Position numbers and translations under genes: made by a program. The notes beneath the pieces are model-generated. The model was not told where the DNA came from, did no database searches, and saw only the letters and a list, made by a program, of their open reading frames with translations. Below, piece by piece: positions 17,767 to 28,174 of a DNA stretch of 36,430 nt. Origin of the DNA: Bacteroidales bacterium (GTDB lineage: Bacteria > Bacteroidota > Bacteroidia > Bacteroidales > ML635J-15); assembly GCA_028701945.1 (NCBI GenBank), contig JAQVPT010000002.1, positions 1 through 36,430 of the forward strand, in the 5' to 3' direction. Position 1 is the stretch's first letter. The number at the start of each line of letters is the position of its first letter.

Positions 17767-18267
17767 TTACTTAATTCCTAATTTTGTTTTAACCATAGTT
17801 GTTACATCAACACTTTCGCTCGAATGATACAACAAGGTTGATTCATCAAATATAAATATGAAACTATTTTCTTCACCAACTGCTTTAATTGCGTCTTGGA
17901 TTTTTGTATAAATAGGTTCTAACAGTTCCATCTCTTTAGCTTGCATATCTTCTTGAGCTCTCGTTTGGAAAGCTTGAATTCTTTGCTGAAGATTAACGAT
18001 TTCTTCTTCTTTCATTTGTTTGATGGAAGGAGACATTGTTGCTTGTTTTTCCATGTAGTCGTTATACTTCAACTCTAACTCTTTATTAAGCGATTGCAAC
18101 TGGGTTTCTAGTGTCATTGCATACTCTTCGACGGCTTTTGATGCTGTCTGTTTTTCAGGCATAAGAGTAAAAACAGCGTTTGAGTTTACATGTCCAAATT
18201 TTGCTTTTTGTGCAAATGCTCCGACTGTTAACAGGGAGATACATAATATTACAAATAGTTTTTTCAT
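17767..18267 (-). CDS. OmpH/Skp-family periplasmic chaperone
   Basis: Signal peptide, ~165 aa, coiled-coil-rich (QLQSLNKELELKYNDYMEKQ). Located directly downstream of bamA, as in Bacteroidota. Confidence 0.85.
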   Translation of the reverse strand: MKKLFVILCISLLTVGAFAQKAKFGHVNSNAVFTLMPEKQTASKAVEEYAMTLETQLQSLNKELELKYNDYMEKQATMSPSIKQMKEEEIVNLQQRIQAFQTRAQEDMQAKEMELLEPIYTKIQDAIKAVGEENSFIFIFDESTLLYHSSESVDVTTMVKTKLGIK

Positions 18268-18304
18268 AATCTAAATTTAAAATTTTAGCAAATATAATAC
18301 TTAA

Positions 18305-18817
18305 TTAATTCTTATAACCTAATTTTCTTAAAACATCATCACTTTTGTCATACCGAGGATCAGTATATAGCATATTAAGACTGTTTGCAGTATCGAATAT
18401 TACAGCGTAACTACCTTCTGTTGCTATTTCCTTAATCGCATTGTAGATGTCATCCTGAATTGGCTTGATTAGCTCTTCTCGCTTTTTAAAGAGAGTTCCT
18501 TCTTTACCAAAATATTTTTGCTGAAGTTCCCTCATGTCTTTTTCTTTTTTTACGATTTCTTCTTCACGTTTAACTCGCAATTCTTCGGTAAGCAAAACTC
18601 TTTCAGATTTATAATCGTTATACATTTTATCAATCTGCGTTTTTAGTTGGTCAATTTCAGATTTCCACTCAGTAGTAAAATCATCGAGTTGCGTTTTAGC
18701 AGTTTCGTAAATAGGAATATTATTAAGAATGTACTCTGTATCGACATAAGCATATTTTTGTGCAAACATAGCAGTCGAGAAAATTGCGATTAATGTAACA
18801 ATCAATATTTTTTTCAT
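18305..18817 (-). CDS. OmpH/Skp-family periplasmic chaperone (tandem paralog)
   Basis: Signal peptide, 170 aa, YAYVDTEYIL start and coiled-coil core. Paralogous to the adjacent gene. Confidence 0.85.
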   Translation of the reverse strand: MKKILIVTLIAIFSTAMFAQKYAYVDTEYILNNIPIYETAKTQLDDFTTEWKSEIDQLKTQIDKMYNDYKSERVLLTEELRVKREEEIVKKEKDMRELQQKYFGKEGTLFKKREELIKPIQDDIYNAIKEIATEGSYAVIFDTANSLNMLYTDPRYDKSDDVLRKLGYKN

Positions 18818-18879
18818 AGTTATAATTTTTTTAATTTATAATTTATATTCTTTAGCAAATAATGTTCCAAACTAATATT

Positions 18880-21420
18880 TTAAAATTGTTGACCAATGAC
18901 AAAATGGAATTGCCCTCCACTTGCACCTGCGTTTCCTGAGATTTTATCAAAACCATATCCCCAGTCAACACCGAGCATTCCAATCATTGGCATAAAAATT
19001 CGTACTCCCACGCCAGCAGATCGCTTCATATCATAAGGATTAAAATTATCTGCTCTGTACCATGCATTACCAGCTTCAAGAAAACCAATTGCATATAATG
19101 TAGCCGAAGGGTTCAATGATAATGGATACCTTAATTCCACTGTAAATTTGTCGTAAATATTACCACCATTTTGAGGTGTAAGCGAATTGTTTAAATATCC
19201 ACGTAATCCAACAGTTTCCAACCCGTATAGATTATATCCATAAAGTCCGTCTCCGCCAAGTTGGAAGCCCTCAAATGGCGATGGTCCAACATCTTTAGAG
19301 TACATTCCTAGTAATCCAAATTCAATTTTAGTCATTAAAACCAAGGCTCTTGAGCTACCATCTTGTGCTCCTGCCAAGGTAGTAAACCACTGTCCGCTAA
19401 ATTTGTATTTATGATATTCTATCCATTTATATCTATCCTGATCAGACATATCATCAGTATATACCTTATTATTAAATACAGAATATGGTGGAGTCAACTC
19501 AATTGACAAAGAAAATGTTGAGCCTGTGGTCGGGAATATTGGGTTTGGTCCTGCCGAATGTCTTCCCAAAACAGATTTTAAACTTAGGTTATTAGAATGC
19601 CCATCTCGATATATAAAATTCGGATAATTATCTAAGTTATAGTATTTGTATCCAACTTCATTATAAAGAGTAAAATAGTCGTCAGGTACACGTAACCTTT
19701 GTCCTAATCCCAATGCTGCTCCAGTAACTTTAAAATGGTAATAGTCGTCTTCGTCAGGTCTTTTACCGCTAGTCATAATAGAGTGATAAACAGAAGTCGT
19801 TAATGAATTTGGTTTTTTACCACCAAACCATGGCTCTACAAATGAGAGGCTATAACTTTGATACCACAATCCACTTGCTTGTGCACGAATAGATAATTTT
19901 TGGCCGTCACCAGTAGGCAATGGTCTGTATGACTTTGGATTAAAAATGTTTTTTAATGAAAAATTATTAAATGATAAACCAAGAGTTCCTACTATCATAT
20001 TTGCACCCCATCCGCCAGAAAGCTCAATTTGGTCCGAAGGCTTTTCCTCAACAATATATTCAAGATCTACTGTACCATCTGCTGGGTTCGGTTGAAAATC
20101 GACATTTAGTTTTTCTGGATCAAAATACCCTAATTGTGCAAATTCGCGGATTGTACGTTGTACTTCGCTTCTTTTATACAATGCTCCAGGACGGGTACGT
20201 ACCTCTCGCATAACAACATGATCGTTTGTTCTGGTGTTCCCGGTAATTGTTACTCTATTCACACGTGCTTGTTTACCTTCATAAACACGCATCTCTATAT
20301 CTATCGAATCGTTTTCGACCAATACCTCTACAGGAGTTACGTTGGAGAAAAGATATCCATTATCTTGATAAACTGACATTACGCCAGAGGGATCATATAA
20401 TAACTTTTCTTCAAGAACAACACTATTATAAGCGTCCCCCTTTTGAATTCCCAACACTCTAGTCAAAAAATCAGACGAGTATTTTGTATTCCCGAGCCAA
20501 GTAATATTTCTAAAGTAATATTTTTTACCTTCGTCAATTCCGATATGTATATTTATCATATTATCCTCAGCAGAAATAACCGAGTCGTAAATAATTTTGG
20601 CATCTCTAAACCCTAATTCATTGTATTTTGCGATGATATTCTTTTTGTCAATTTCATAATCTTTTGTGATAAGCTTAGAAGGTTTGAAAATATTGAACCA
20701 TCTTTTTCTTTTGGTTTCCTTCATTGCTCTATGCAATTTTGAATCAGCTATTTTCTTGTCGTCTCGATAAAAATTGTAGAATTTCTTTTCTTGCACTAAA
20801 CTGTCATTTCCAACAAATACGATATCGGCAATTTTTATTTTATTATTTTTCTTAATGTCAAAAGTTAAAATCACGCTATTTGCAATAATGGTATCATCTT
20901 CTTGTAAAACATCGACTTCAATATTTCGAAAACCTTTATCAATAAAATAATCATTAATTGATTTTTTAGAACTCATTACGACATTTTCGGTAACTTGTGT
21001 ACCTTTTACAAGCTTAATAAGATCACGAATATCGTCTGCTTCGGATTTTTTTATTCCTTTAAAGCTAAAACGAGATAACCTAGCTCTTTCAACGAGATAA
21101 ATATCAATAAATGCCTTGCCGTCAATAACTTTTGTTAGAGTAACCTCTACATCAGAAAACAATCCTTGGTCCCACAGTTTTTTTATTGCATCGGTAATTT
21201 TTTCTCCGGGGATAGATATTTTATTTCCTATTTCGAGTCCTGTAAGATACAACAAAACATTTTGGTCAAGATAATTGACTCCTGATATTGTAACTCCACC
21301 AATTTCATACTCTTTAGGCTCCGAATAATCTATTTTTTTCAACTGAGATTTCAAATCGTTTTGAGCAAAACTGGCCAAACCGCACAAAATCAATAATATA
21401 CAAGGAATAATTTTTTTCAT
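18880..21420 (-). CDS. bamA: Outer-membrane protein assembly factor BamA (Omp85)
   Basis: Signal peptide, repeated POTRA-like units, large C-terminal beta-barrel with aromatic/Gly alternation. Terminal ...FHFVIGQQF with C-terminal Phe. Confidence 0.9.
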   Translation of the reverse strand: MKKIIPCILLILCGLASFAQNDLKSQLKKIDYSEPKEYEIGGVTISGVNYLDQNVLLYLTGLEIGNKISIPGEKITDAIKKLWDQGLFSDVEVTLTKVIDGKAFIDIYLVERARLSRFSFKGIKKSEADDIRDLIKLVKGTQVTENVVMSSKKSINDYFIDKGFRNIEVDVLQEDDTIIANSVILTFDIKKNNKIKIADIVFVGNDSLVQEKKFYNFYRDDKKIADSKLHRAMKETKRKRWFNIFKPSKLITKDYEIDKKNIIAKYNELGFRDAKIIYDSVISAEDNMINIHIGIDEGKKYYFRNITWLGNTKYSSDFLTRVLGIQKGDAYNSVVLEEKLLYDPSGVMSVYQDNGYLFSNVTPVEVLVENDSIDIEMRVYEGKQARVNRVTITGNTRTNDHVVMREVRTRPGALYKRSEVQRTIREFAQLGYFDPEKLNVDFQPNPADGTVDLEYIVEEKPSDQIELSGGWGANMIVGTLGLSFNNFSLKNIFNPKSYRPLPTGDGQKLSIRAQASGLWYQSYSLSFVEPWFGGKKPNSLTTSVYHSIMTSGKRPDEDDYYHFKVTGAALGLGQRLRVPDDYFTLYNEVGYKYYNLDNYPNFIYRDGHSNNLSLKSVLGRHSAGPNPIFPTTGSTFSLSIELTPPYSVFNNKVYTDDMSDQDRYKWIEYHKYKFSGQWFTTLAGAQDGSSRALVLMTKIEFGLLGMYSKDVGPSPFEGFQLGGDGLYGYNLYGLETVGLRGYLNNSLTPQNGGNIYDKFTVELRYPLSLNPSATLYAIGFLEAGNAWYRADNFNPYDMKRSAGVGVRIFMPMIGMLGVDWGYGFDKISGNAGASGGQFHFVIGQQF

Positions 21421-21429
21421 TCAATAAAT

Positions 21430-22185
21430 TTAATTTGTTATTTGTTCACTTGTTTTTCCAAATCTTCTCTCACGGTTTTGATAGTCGATAATGGCTTGAT
21501 AAAAGACTTCTTTCGAGAAATCGGGCCAAAGCACGTCAGTAAAAAACAGTTCTGCATATGCCAATTGATATAATAAGAAATTACTTAGTCTTTCTTCGCC
21601 GCTAGTTCTAATTAAGAGTTCGGGGTCTGGGATTCCCGCAGTTGCAAGCTGGGATTCAAAATAATTATAATCTATATCATTAGCATCTATTTTATTATCT
21701 TCTACATCTTTTGCTATTGATTTAACTGCGTTTAAAATATCCCACCTTCCACTATAACTAAGAGCTACAATAAAAGTAAGTTTAGTATTATTTTTTGTGT
21801 TATCGATAGCAAATTGAAGTTTTTTCTTAACATTACTCGGTAACTTGTCAATTTCTCCGATAATCTGAATTTTAATTCCAAGTTTATTTATTTCATCAAT
21901 TTCTTTATCGATAGAACTAACCAACAAATTCATCAATCCGCTAATCTCAGTTTTTGGACGATTCCAATTTTCAGTTGAAAATGCATAAACAGTAAGGTAT
22001 TTTATGCCGAGTTCGCCACAAACCTCTAAAGCTTTTTTCACAGATTTTGCACCCTCTTGGTGTCCAGATAGACGAATCTTGCCACGCGATTTCGCCCACC
22101 TTCCATTACCATCCATAATAATTGCAACGTGTTGAGGGATTTTTGCGATATCTATTTTATTTTTCACACTTATTTCAATATTCAT
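21430..22185 (-). CDS. uppS: Isoprenyl transferase / undecaprenyl-diphosphate synthase
   Basis: HVAIIMDGNGRWA, FSTENWNRP and RTSGEERLSNFLLYQLAYAELFF. The likely start is the ATG at 22185 (MNIEIS). The track extension to 22239 lies inside the upstream gene. Confidence 0.9.
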   Translation of the reverse strand: MNIEISVKNKIDIAKIPQHVAIIMDGNGRWAKSRGKIRLSGHQEGAKSVKKALEVCGELGIKYLTVYAFSTENWNRPKTEISGLMNLLVSSIDKEIDEINKLGIKIQIIGEIDKLPSNVKKKLQFAIDNTKNNTKLTFIVALSYSGRWDILNAVKSIAKDVEDNKIDANDIDYNYFESQLATAGIPDPELLIRTSGEERLSNFLLYQLAYAELFFTDVLWPDFSKEVFYQAIIDYQNRERRFGKTSEQITN

Positions 22186-22897
22186 AATATGCAGGACAAC
22201 CAAGTCCACCAATTTTAAAAGTGTATGACAAACTAACAAGAGCTATCGAATACCAATCTTTATTGTATCTAAAACCTGATTGTTTATGTCTGTTAGCGTC
22301 AGTAACAGAAGTACCATAATCAGGGTCATAATTATCAAGGTCTTCTCCAGATAATGAGTCTAAATAATCTGAAAATGTACGGCGGAAAGCCCACTCTACT
22401 CCGAGTACTATCTGTGGTTTAATATTCTTTTTAAATCCAAAACCAATTGGGATTGCAAAGTTCAAAACATCTTGTGCGGAGTTAGCAAGATATAACGCTA
22501 CTCCAGTTTGTATGTATGGAGTGTAACTATACCTTCGGACATCGCCAATTTCATAGGGTAAAAAATTCACTTCGAATTGAGCAGATAATTCTATAAGAGA
22601 AGTTTCAAAACTATGATCTCGCATAATTTGAAATTGATTATTAAAATCTTCATCTGCTGCTCTTAGATTAGTAAAAAATGCTCCTATTTTAATATTATAC
22701 CTACCATTTATATGATACTTAGCAAATCCTCCGAGGTTTAATTTTGTTTGATAAAAATGTTTTGCCAGATTTATGTCTCCCATATAATATGAGCCACCAC
22801 CAGCTAACCCAAACTCTAAGCCTTGTTGTGCATTAACTTGGTTCGCATTTGATATAAATATGAAACAAAAAACAAACAATGCAGAAAAACTCTGCAT
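22175..22897 (-). CDS. Outer-membrane beta-barrel protein (DUF6089-like)
   Basis: The likely start is M22 of the track ORF, giving signal peptide MQSFSALFVFCFIFISNANQVNAQ. Alternating-hydrophobic strands. Paralogous to the next gene and lies between uppS and nadK, as in other Bacteroidota. Confidence 0.65.
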   Translation of the reverse strand: MQSFSALFVFCFIFISNANQVNAQQGLEFGLAGGGSYYMGDINLAKHFYQTKLNLGGFAKYHINGRYNIKIGAFFTNLRAADEDFNNQFQIMRDHSFETSLIELSAQFEVNFLPYEIGDVRRYSYTPYIQTGVALYLANSAQDVLNFAIPIGFGFKKNIKPQIVLGVEWAFRRTFSDYLDSLSGEDLDNYDPDYGTSVTDANRHKQSGFRYNKDWYSIALVSLSYTFKIGGLGCPAYYEY

Positions 22898-22981
22898 TAT
22901 TTGTTTTTTATAATATTGTATTATATTTCTTCCCCGCATAAAACTAACAACGTAACTCAAACCAAAATATTGCTGGCATGA

Positions 22982-23896
22982 TTAAAATTTAGGCATACCT
23001 GGTGCTCTTGGTCTAAGTTTGTAAGTTACCTTAAGAGAAAGAAACATAAAAGCATCGTTATAATCACTTTGCCCCCTTTGTTGTCCTGCTCCAACTCCAG
23101 CCCAGTCAGGGTCTGCGGTTCCACTACTAAAGTAAGCAGCCATTGGGTCTGAGAAAATTGAAGGGTCAACATAGGTAGTTGATACATCATCAACATAATC
23201 GGAGAATGTAAAACGCACACCATATTCAAACCCTATTCCAAAGTTTCGATCAATCATATAGTTTAAACCAAAACCTGCTGGTATAGTAACGCAAATTTTG
23301 CTGTATTTTTCTCTTGTAGGAATAACTCCTTGTCCTTCAGTGCCAAGAGGTTGTAGTGCATACCACTCACCATCACCATTAACTGGATCATTATATTGTG
23401 CTTTGGGATTAAACCAAGTACCAGCAATACCAGTATAAATATAAAGGTTTGGCAAGTTTCGTTTACCTTTAATTCTTCGCAAATCGTATCGGTGTCCGTA
23501 TCTTTCTTTCAAAATTGAAAAGTCGATAGTTGCAGCAACGTCCACAACAGGAGCCCTAAAAGTCAGATTCCTACTATTACGATGAAATTCTTCTGTAAAC
23601 GTATCACTCCCGTATAGTCTTCCAAACATAACATTACCTCTAACTGCCCATTGTTCAGCAAGTTTATAACTATATCCTCCTTGTATAAGCCAACGAGATG
23701 CGTTAAAATCAAAATCTTTTACAAACTGAGAGCCTGAGGTATTTGACCCCCCAAGTTCACCAAGAAAGTTTGTTGATCCTAAACCAAAAGAGACTTCGTG
23801 TCTGATTTTTCTCCAATGAATATTATACTGTGCATTTACCATTACAGATGTAAACGTCAATAATCCTAATAAAACAATAAGTTTTCTAATTTTCAT
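22982..23896 (-). CDS. Outer-membrane beta-barrel protein (DUF6089-like paralog)
   Basis: Signal peptide MKIRKLIVLLGLLTFTSVMVNAQ, beta-strand periodicity and C-terminal ...KF. Confidence 0.65.
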   Translation of the reverse strand: MKIRKLIVLLGLLTFTSVMVNAQYNIHWRKIRHEVSFGLGSTNFLGELGGSNTSGSQFVKDFDFNASRWLIQGGYSYKLAEQWAVRGNVMFGRLYGSDTFTEEFHRNSRNLTFRAPVVDVAATIDFSILKERYGHRYDLRRIKGKRNLPNLYIYTGIAGTWFNPKAQYNDPVNGDGEWYALQPLGTEGQGVIPTREKYSKICVTIPAGFGLNYMIDRNFGIGFEYGVRFTFSDYVDDVSTTYVDPSIFSDPMAAYFSSGTADPDWAGVGAGQQRGQSDYNDAFMFLSLKVTYKLRPRAPGMPKF

Positions 23897-23937
23897 AATT
23901 TTTGCGTTATTACACTAAACAACTGACTATCAATGAT

Positions 23938-24819
23938 TTAGTTTCGTAAGTCCGTTCCCCACATCAATTTATTTCTCAGAGTGCTAAAGTAAGTATTTTC
24001 AAACAAATTTACAAAATTAATATTAAAATTCGCTTTTTTTATAGTTATTTCGCTAGCCTTCTTTATACTATAAGCCCTGTAATCAAGTGATGCCAACACT
24101 TTATCGTGATTTGATTCTATCAATATTTTTATTGTTGTATCCCCAGATAACACCAAAGGGCGTACCGTTAAATTATGATTAGCAATTGGAGTTATCAATA
24201 TAACGTCAGAATGAGGGGCAACAATAGGTCCTCCACAACTTAAAGAGTACGCAGTTGAACCAGTGGGAGTTGCCATAATTAATCCATCTGACCAGTAGGT
24301 GTTTATATAGATATCATCGGCATAAACTTTAAGTTTAATCATATTTAGGCGTGATCTTTTCTGCAATGCAAATTCGTTTAGGCAATAATTGTTCTTCCCA
24401 AAGAAATTCTCATCGCAATCAACATCAAGAACCATTCTTTTATCAATATTATAGTTGCCATCTAATACTTGCCTAATTGCTGGAATAAGATTATTGCTAT
24501 TTACATAAGATAAAAACCCTAAGCGTCCAGTATTAAAACCAAGTATAGGTATTCCACGGTCTTTTACGATAGTTGCCGATTCTAAAAAAGTTCCGTCACC
24601 ACCAATGCTTAGAAAAAAATCGAATTTTACATCTTCGGGTAGTTCTTTTTCAAACAACCCGATGGCATTTGGGTGGTACAAAACTTTTGTCTCAATAAAA
24701 TCGTTAAATTTTTTATCTATATATATATTAACATTGCTCTGTTTGAGTTCTTCAAAAAGTTGTATCAGTATTCCACTAAAACTATTTCCGAAATTCCTAC
24801 CGTAAATTGCAATATTCAT
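23938..24819 (-). CDS. nadK: NAD(+) kinase
   Basis: SIGGDGTFL, NTGRLGFL and ATPTGSTAYSLSCGGPIV motifs. Confidence 0.9.
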   Translation of the reverse strand: MNIAIYGRNFGNSFSGILIQLFEELKQSNVNIYIDKKFNDFIETKVLYHPNAIGLFEKELPEDVKFDFFLSIGGDGTFLESATIVKDRGIPILGFNTGRLGFLSYVNSNNLIPAIRQVLDGNYNIDKRMVLDVDCDENFFGKNNYCLNEFALQKRSRLNMIKLKVYADDIYINTYWSDGLIMATPTGSTAYSLSCGGPIVAPHSDVILITPIANHNLTVRPLVLSGDTTIKILIESNHDKVLASLDYRAYSIKKASEITIKKANFNINFVNLFENTYFSTLRNKLMWGTDLRN

Positions 24820-24822
24820 AAA

Positions 24823-26229
24823 CTAAAATCTTTTATAAAGTGGCGATTTAAACTCTGCAAATATACCAAATTTATTAAAATAAGCATTATATGCTACTCG
24901 AAACTGTATTAAACGGTCATAATAGGTCTCAACTGTAATGCCAAAGCCGGCCGAATAAGCAAAACCATCTCCAAACATATTTTGTTCGACATGTAAATTG
25001 TTGTTCGACAAATTTGAGTATGCAATATCGGCAAACGCTTCGAGATAAACAATTGAAAAGACTTTTGAGAACTCATCAGGTAACAGTGAGGGCAACACAT
25101 TTAACCTAAAATCGAACAATTTATAACTAAGAGTATTTTTAGAACTCGCAATAAAATCAGAGGGAAAATAATAATACTCATACCCTCTCATAAAAAACCC
25201 TTCATAAAAGTTAAATGATTCATCAAATAAAATACGTTTATTATTGTCGTAAAAATCTTTTCCTGCAAACATCTCGTTTCGCAGTGATAATTTTGTTTCC
25301 CCGAAGCTTGTGTTTTGTTGCAAAAGTACATTAAGGCTTATATTGTCAGAAAAATCAGTGTTGTCAAATATAGAAGTTGTTACACGCAGATTTGCGTAAA
25401 AACCAGTTAGGGGATAAACAATACTATTTCTGTTATCATAATTAAACGCAATTTTTGGCATTATGTACCGAGGATTAGTTATCCCAGCCAAATCATCATT
25501 ATAAAAGTCTTGATTATAAATATATTGTCTAAACTTTAGCCCTATTTCGAAAGCATATTTTATTTTTGGTCTGTAAGAATATTGTAGTCCCACATCAATA
25601 ATCTTTCGCAAATAATCATCATTACTTTGCCAATACGAAGGTTTGTTCTGATAAATACCAGAAACGACTTTTTTTTGTCTAAAAAAATCGGCAAAAGCCC
25701 AAATGCCATCGACTCTTCGTTTACCAAAACCTGGTTTATGATACGAAATAGCATAATGTTCTTTATACCCAAATCGTGCTTTAAATCTGAGCACTTCGTT
25801 TTTTCCTCTAAAATTAAACCAATCAAATGCTGCTCCATAATTTATCCTCGACCAATCACGATAGTGAATAAAAGAGCTAAGATTACGTTCGGAGTGTTCC
25901 AAAATAGGATATCCCCAATAATACCAACGTTCTTGCAAATTGTATGTTACTAATATTTCATTTTTGTTTTCAACTATTTCGACATCTATAAAATTAAATA
26001 ATCGCAAACGATTAAGATTGGCTACAGATTCATCTACAACATTTTGTATTTCTTGAAAATTTAGATTGTCTCCAATTTCAAAACCTATTTCTCGTAATAT
26101 TATATCCGACTTTGTTATTTTATTTCCGACCAAAGAAATATTGACTTTCTTAAGTTCATCGTTTTGTGCTACTGCTTTTAATGAACAAGCACAAATGCAA
26201 ACAATAAGTATAAATTTAACGAGTTTCAA
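24823..26229 (-). CDS. Omp85/BamA-TamA-like outer-membrane protein with a single N-terminal POTRA-like domain
   Basis: Signal peptide, POTRA-like VNISLVGNKITKSDIILREIGFEIGDNL...LNRLRLFNFIDVEI, then an aromatic-rich barrel with terminal ...YKRF. Confidence 0.65.
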   Translation of the reverse strand: MKLVKFILIVCICACSLKAVAQNDELKKVNISLVGNKITKSDIILREIGFEIGDNLNFQEIQNVVDESVANLNRLRLFNFIDVEIVENKNEILVTYNLQERWYYWGYPILEHSERNLSSFIHYRDWSRINYGAAFDWFNFRGKNEVLRFKARFGYKEHYAISYHKPGFGKRRVDGIWAFADFFRQKKVVSGIYQNKPSYWQSNDDYLRKIIDVGLQYSYRPKIKYAFEIGLKFRQYIYNQDFYNDDLAGITNPRYIMPKIAFNYDNRNSIVYPLTGFYANLRVTTSIFDNTDFSDNISLNVLLQQNTSFGETKLSLRNEMFAGKDFYDNNKRILFDESFNFYEGFFMRGYEYYYFPSDFIASSKNTLSYKLFDFRLNVLPSLLPDEFSKVFSIVYLEAFADIAYSNLSNNNLHVEQNMFGDGFAYSAGFGITVETYYDRLIQFRVAYNAYFNKFGIFAEFKSPLYKRF

Positions 26230-26891
26230 ATATTCAGATAGTTTATAAATGAATCGTATCTTTCTTCATAAAAAACCTTAAGCATATCTTGAGCAAGAAA
26301 TGAGGCTTTAACTTTATAATCGAATCTTTCGAATGTCTGGAGAATTGAAGCAATATCAGTAACATCAACTTTAATGGTAACATTAATTTGAGTTGAACTA
26401 TTAAAAGTGGAAATATAAGACATCATTATATTCGCATTATTTGACTCAATTATACCACTAATCTGATGGAGAGAATAATCATGAATTGTCATTTCAAGTA
26501 CAATTATGCTACCTGCTTTTTCGATGCTCGTCATTTTAGAAAATTCGACAACTAATTTAAAAAGAGAAATTGCACCTAAATAATTTTTATCGACATCAAG
26601 AACAGGAATTACTGTAAGTTTCATTTTTGCACATAAATCCATTATCTCAAATATATGCTGATTTTCAAAAACGAATGGTCTTACAAGAGATAAGTTATGA
26701 TTTCCGATTGGGTCTTCTCCACAATTATTGTCATAAATATCGGTATCTGTAATAAGACCAAGAAACTCTTCATTATTTACTATTGGCAAATGCGAAACTC
26801 TGTGAGTCTCCATCCATTGAAGTGCAATATTACCAGTATCAGAAGTTCTGACTACTGGAATTGAATCGCTAATAAGATGTTTTGCAATCAT
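26226..26891 (-). CDS. CBS-domain pair protein
   Basis: Two CBS-like units (HRVSHLPIVNNEEFLGLITDTDI and KLTVIPVLDVDKNYLGAISL). The track start at 26918 is TTG; the ATG at 26891 (MIAKHL) is more likely. The stop overlaps the downstream start. Confidence 0.8.
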   Translation of the reverse strand: MIAKHLISDSIPVVRTSDTGNIALQWMETHRVSHLPIVNNEEFLGLITDTDIYDNNCGEDPIGNHNLSLVRPFVFENQHIFEIMDLCAKMKLTVIPVLDVDKNYLGAISLFKLVVEFSKMTSIEKAGSIIVLEMTIHDYSLHQISGIIESNNANIMMSYISTFNSSTQINVTIKVDVTDIASILQTFERFDYKVKASFLAQDMLKVFYEERYDSFINYLNI

Positions 26892-26928
26892 AATGACTAT
26901 AATTATTTTTTTATGCAAACATAAATAA

Positions 26929-26936
26929 TATATTTG
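26929..26936 (+). promoter_or_regulatory. Candidate Bacteroidota -7 promoter box (TATATTTG) for pdxJ
   Basis: Matches TAnnTTTG and ends 21 nt upstream of the ATG at 26958. Confidence 0.4.
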
Positions 26937-26957
26937 TATTGGTAAAAATACAAAAAA

Positions 26958-27671
26958 ATGACAAAACTAAGCGTAAACATCAATAAAATAGCAACTATTC
27001 GTAATGCACGTGGTGGCAATATGCCTGATGTTAAACTTGCAGCCATTAACTGTCAGAAGTTTGGCGCACAAGGTATTACCGTTCACCCTCGACCCGACGA
27101 AAGACATATCACGTATCAAGACGTTTATGACATCAGCCCAATTATAACAACAGAATTTAATATTGAAGGTTACCCATCAAAAGAATTCATCGATTTAGTT
27201 TGTAAAGTAAAACCCAATCAAGTAACACTTGTGCCCGATCCACCTGACGCAATTACATCAAATGCAGGTTGGGATACCATAAAACATAAAGACCTTTTAT
27301 GTGAAGTTATCGCCGAATTTAAAGATTTAGGAATACGGACTTCAATTTTTGTTGATACAAATTTAAAAAATATTGACGGTGCTGCAAAAACTAGAACAGA
27401 CAGAATTGAACTTTATACAGAACCTTATGCAGCAAATTTTGCAATAAATAAAGAAACGGCTGTTGCCCCATTTAGAGAAGCTGCAAAACATGCTTTAAAA
27501 CTTGGATTACAAATAAATGCAGGTCACGATTTGAATCTTGATAATTTAAAATATTTTATTACAAATGTACCTGATGTTTTTGAAGTTTCTATTGGTCATG
27601 CACTAATATCTGATGCTCTTTATTTTGGACTTGATAATACAATAAAACTTTACTTGAGAGAATTGAGGTAA
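26958..27671 (+). CDS. pdxJ: Pyridoxine 5'-phosphate synthase
   Basis: [33 protein letters not shown] and [10 protein letters not shown]. Confidence 0.95.
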   Translation: MTKLSVNINKIATIRNARGGNMPDVKLAAINCQKFGAQGITVHPRPDERHITYQDVYDISPIITTEFNIEGYPSKEFIDLVCKVKPNQVTLVPDPPDAITSNAGWDTIKHKDLLCEVIAEFKDLGIRTSIFVDTNLKNIDGAAKTRTDRIELYTEPYAANFAINKETAVAPFREAAKHALKLGLQINAGHDLNLDNLKYFITNVPDVFEVSIGHALISDALYFGLDNTIKLYLRELR

Positions 27672-27830
27672 GTTCTTGGTGTCTTTGGCTCCATTTCGGC
27701 AGGTTCTGATAAAGAATGCAAAAACATAAAAAGTCATGCATGGAAGTGGAAAGCAAGAATATGAATTACAACCTCATGTGAACATGGTGAATTCATACAG
27801 ATAAAATCATCATAAATCTAAAGTCAAAGA

Positions 27831-28130
27831 TTAAATTGTTCTCTTTTTGTTCAACACATACAATTCTCCTTTATCGGCACCAAGAAAAATTTCATTTTGA
27901 TCATTTACACAAACACAATAATAGTTAAGTTTTGGAATGTCCTTAATTTTTAACCAATTTCTATTCTCAGAGTTTTTAATATACACCAATCCGCTAAGAC
28001 CACAAACTGCCGAAACCTCTTTTCCCAGAAACAAGTCAGTAAATTCAGCATTAGAATCATCAATCAAGCTAGACCAATTATATCCACATTATTAGCATAA
28101 ATGTCATGATATGGTAGACATAATCTCGCA
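27831..28130 (-). pseudogene. Truncated, frameshifted copy of the 3' part of the propeller lipoprotein gene at 29412-30395
   Basis: The 78 C-terminal codons are 63/78 identical to the full gene (..IDD.NAEFTDLFLGKEVS.VCGL.GLVYIKN...NKKRTI*). GYNWSS is still readable upstream but is preceded by a stop. Bases 28086-28130 match 29958-30012 of the full gene with a 1-nt deletion, so about 295 bp is missing in between. Confidence 0.75.
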
Positions 28131-28174
28131 GCTCGTGTGTGTCAAATAATCGATTTATTTGTAGAAAATGTTTT

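Noticed and set aside
22186-22239. N-terminal extensions of the uppS ORF (to 22239), the DUF6089-like ORF (to 22960) and the CBS ORF (to 26918)
   Set aside because: The extensions overlap upstream genes or start at non-ATG codons. Internal ATGs give canonical N-termini (MNIEIS..., a signal peptide, MIAKHL...).
16915-27671. The bamA / skp x2 / murI / uppS / DUF6089 x2 / nadK / Omp85-like / CBS / pdxJ cluster as a novel system
   Set aside because: To my knowledge this gene order is the ordinary conserved envelope-biogenesis neighbourhood of Bacteroidota. All members have intact housekeeping motifs, and nothing anomalous was seen beyond small start-codon corrections.
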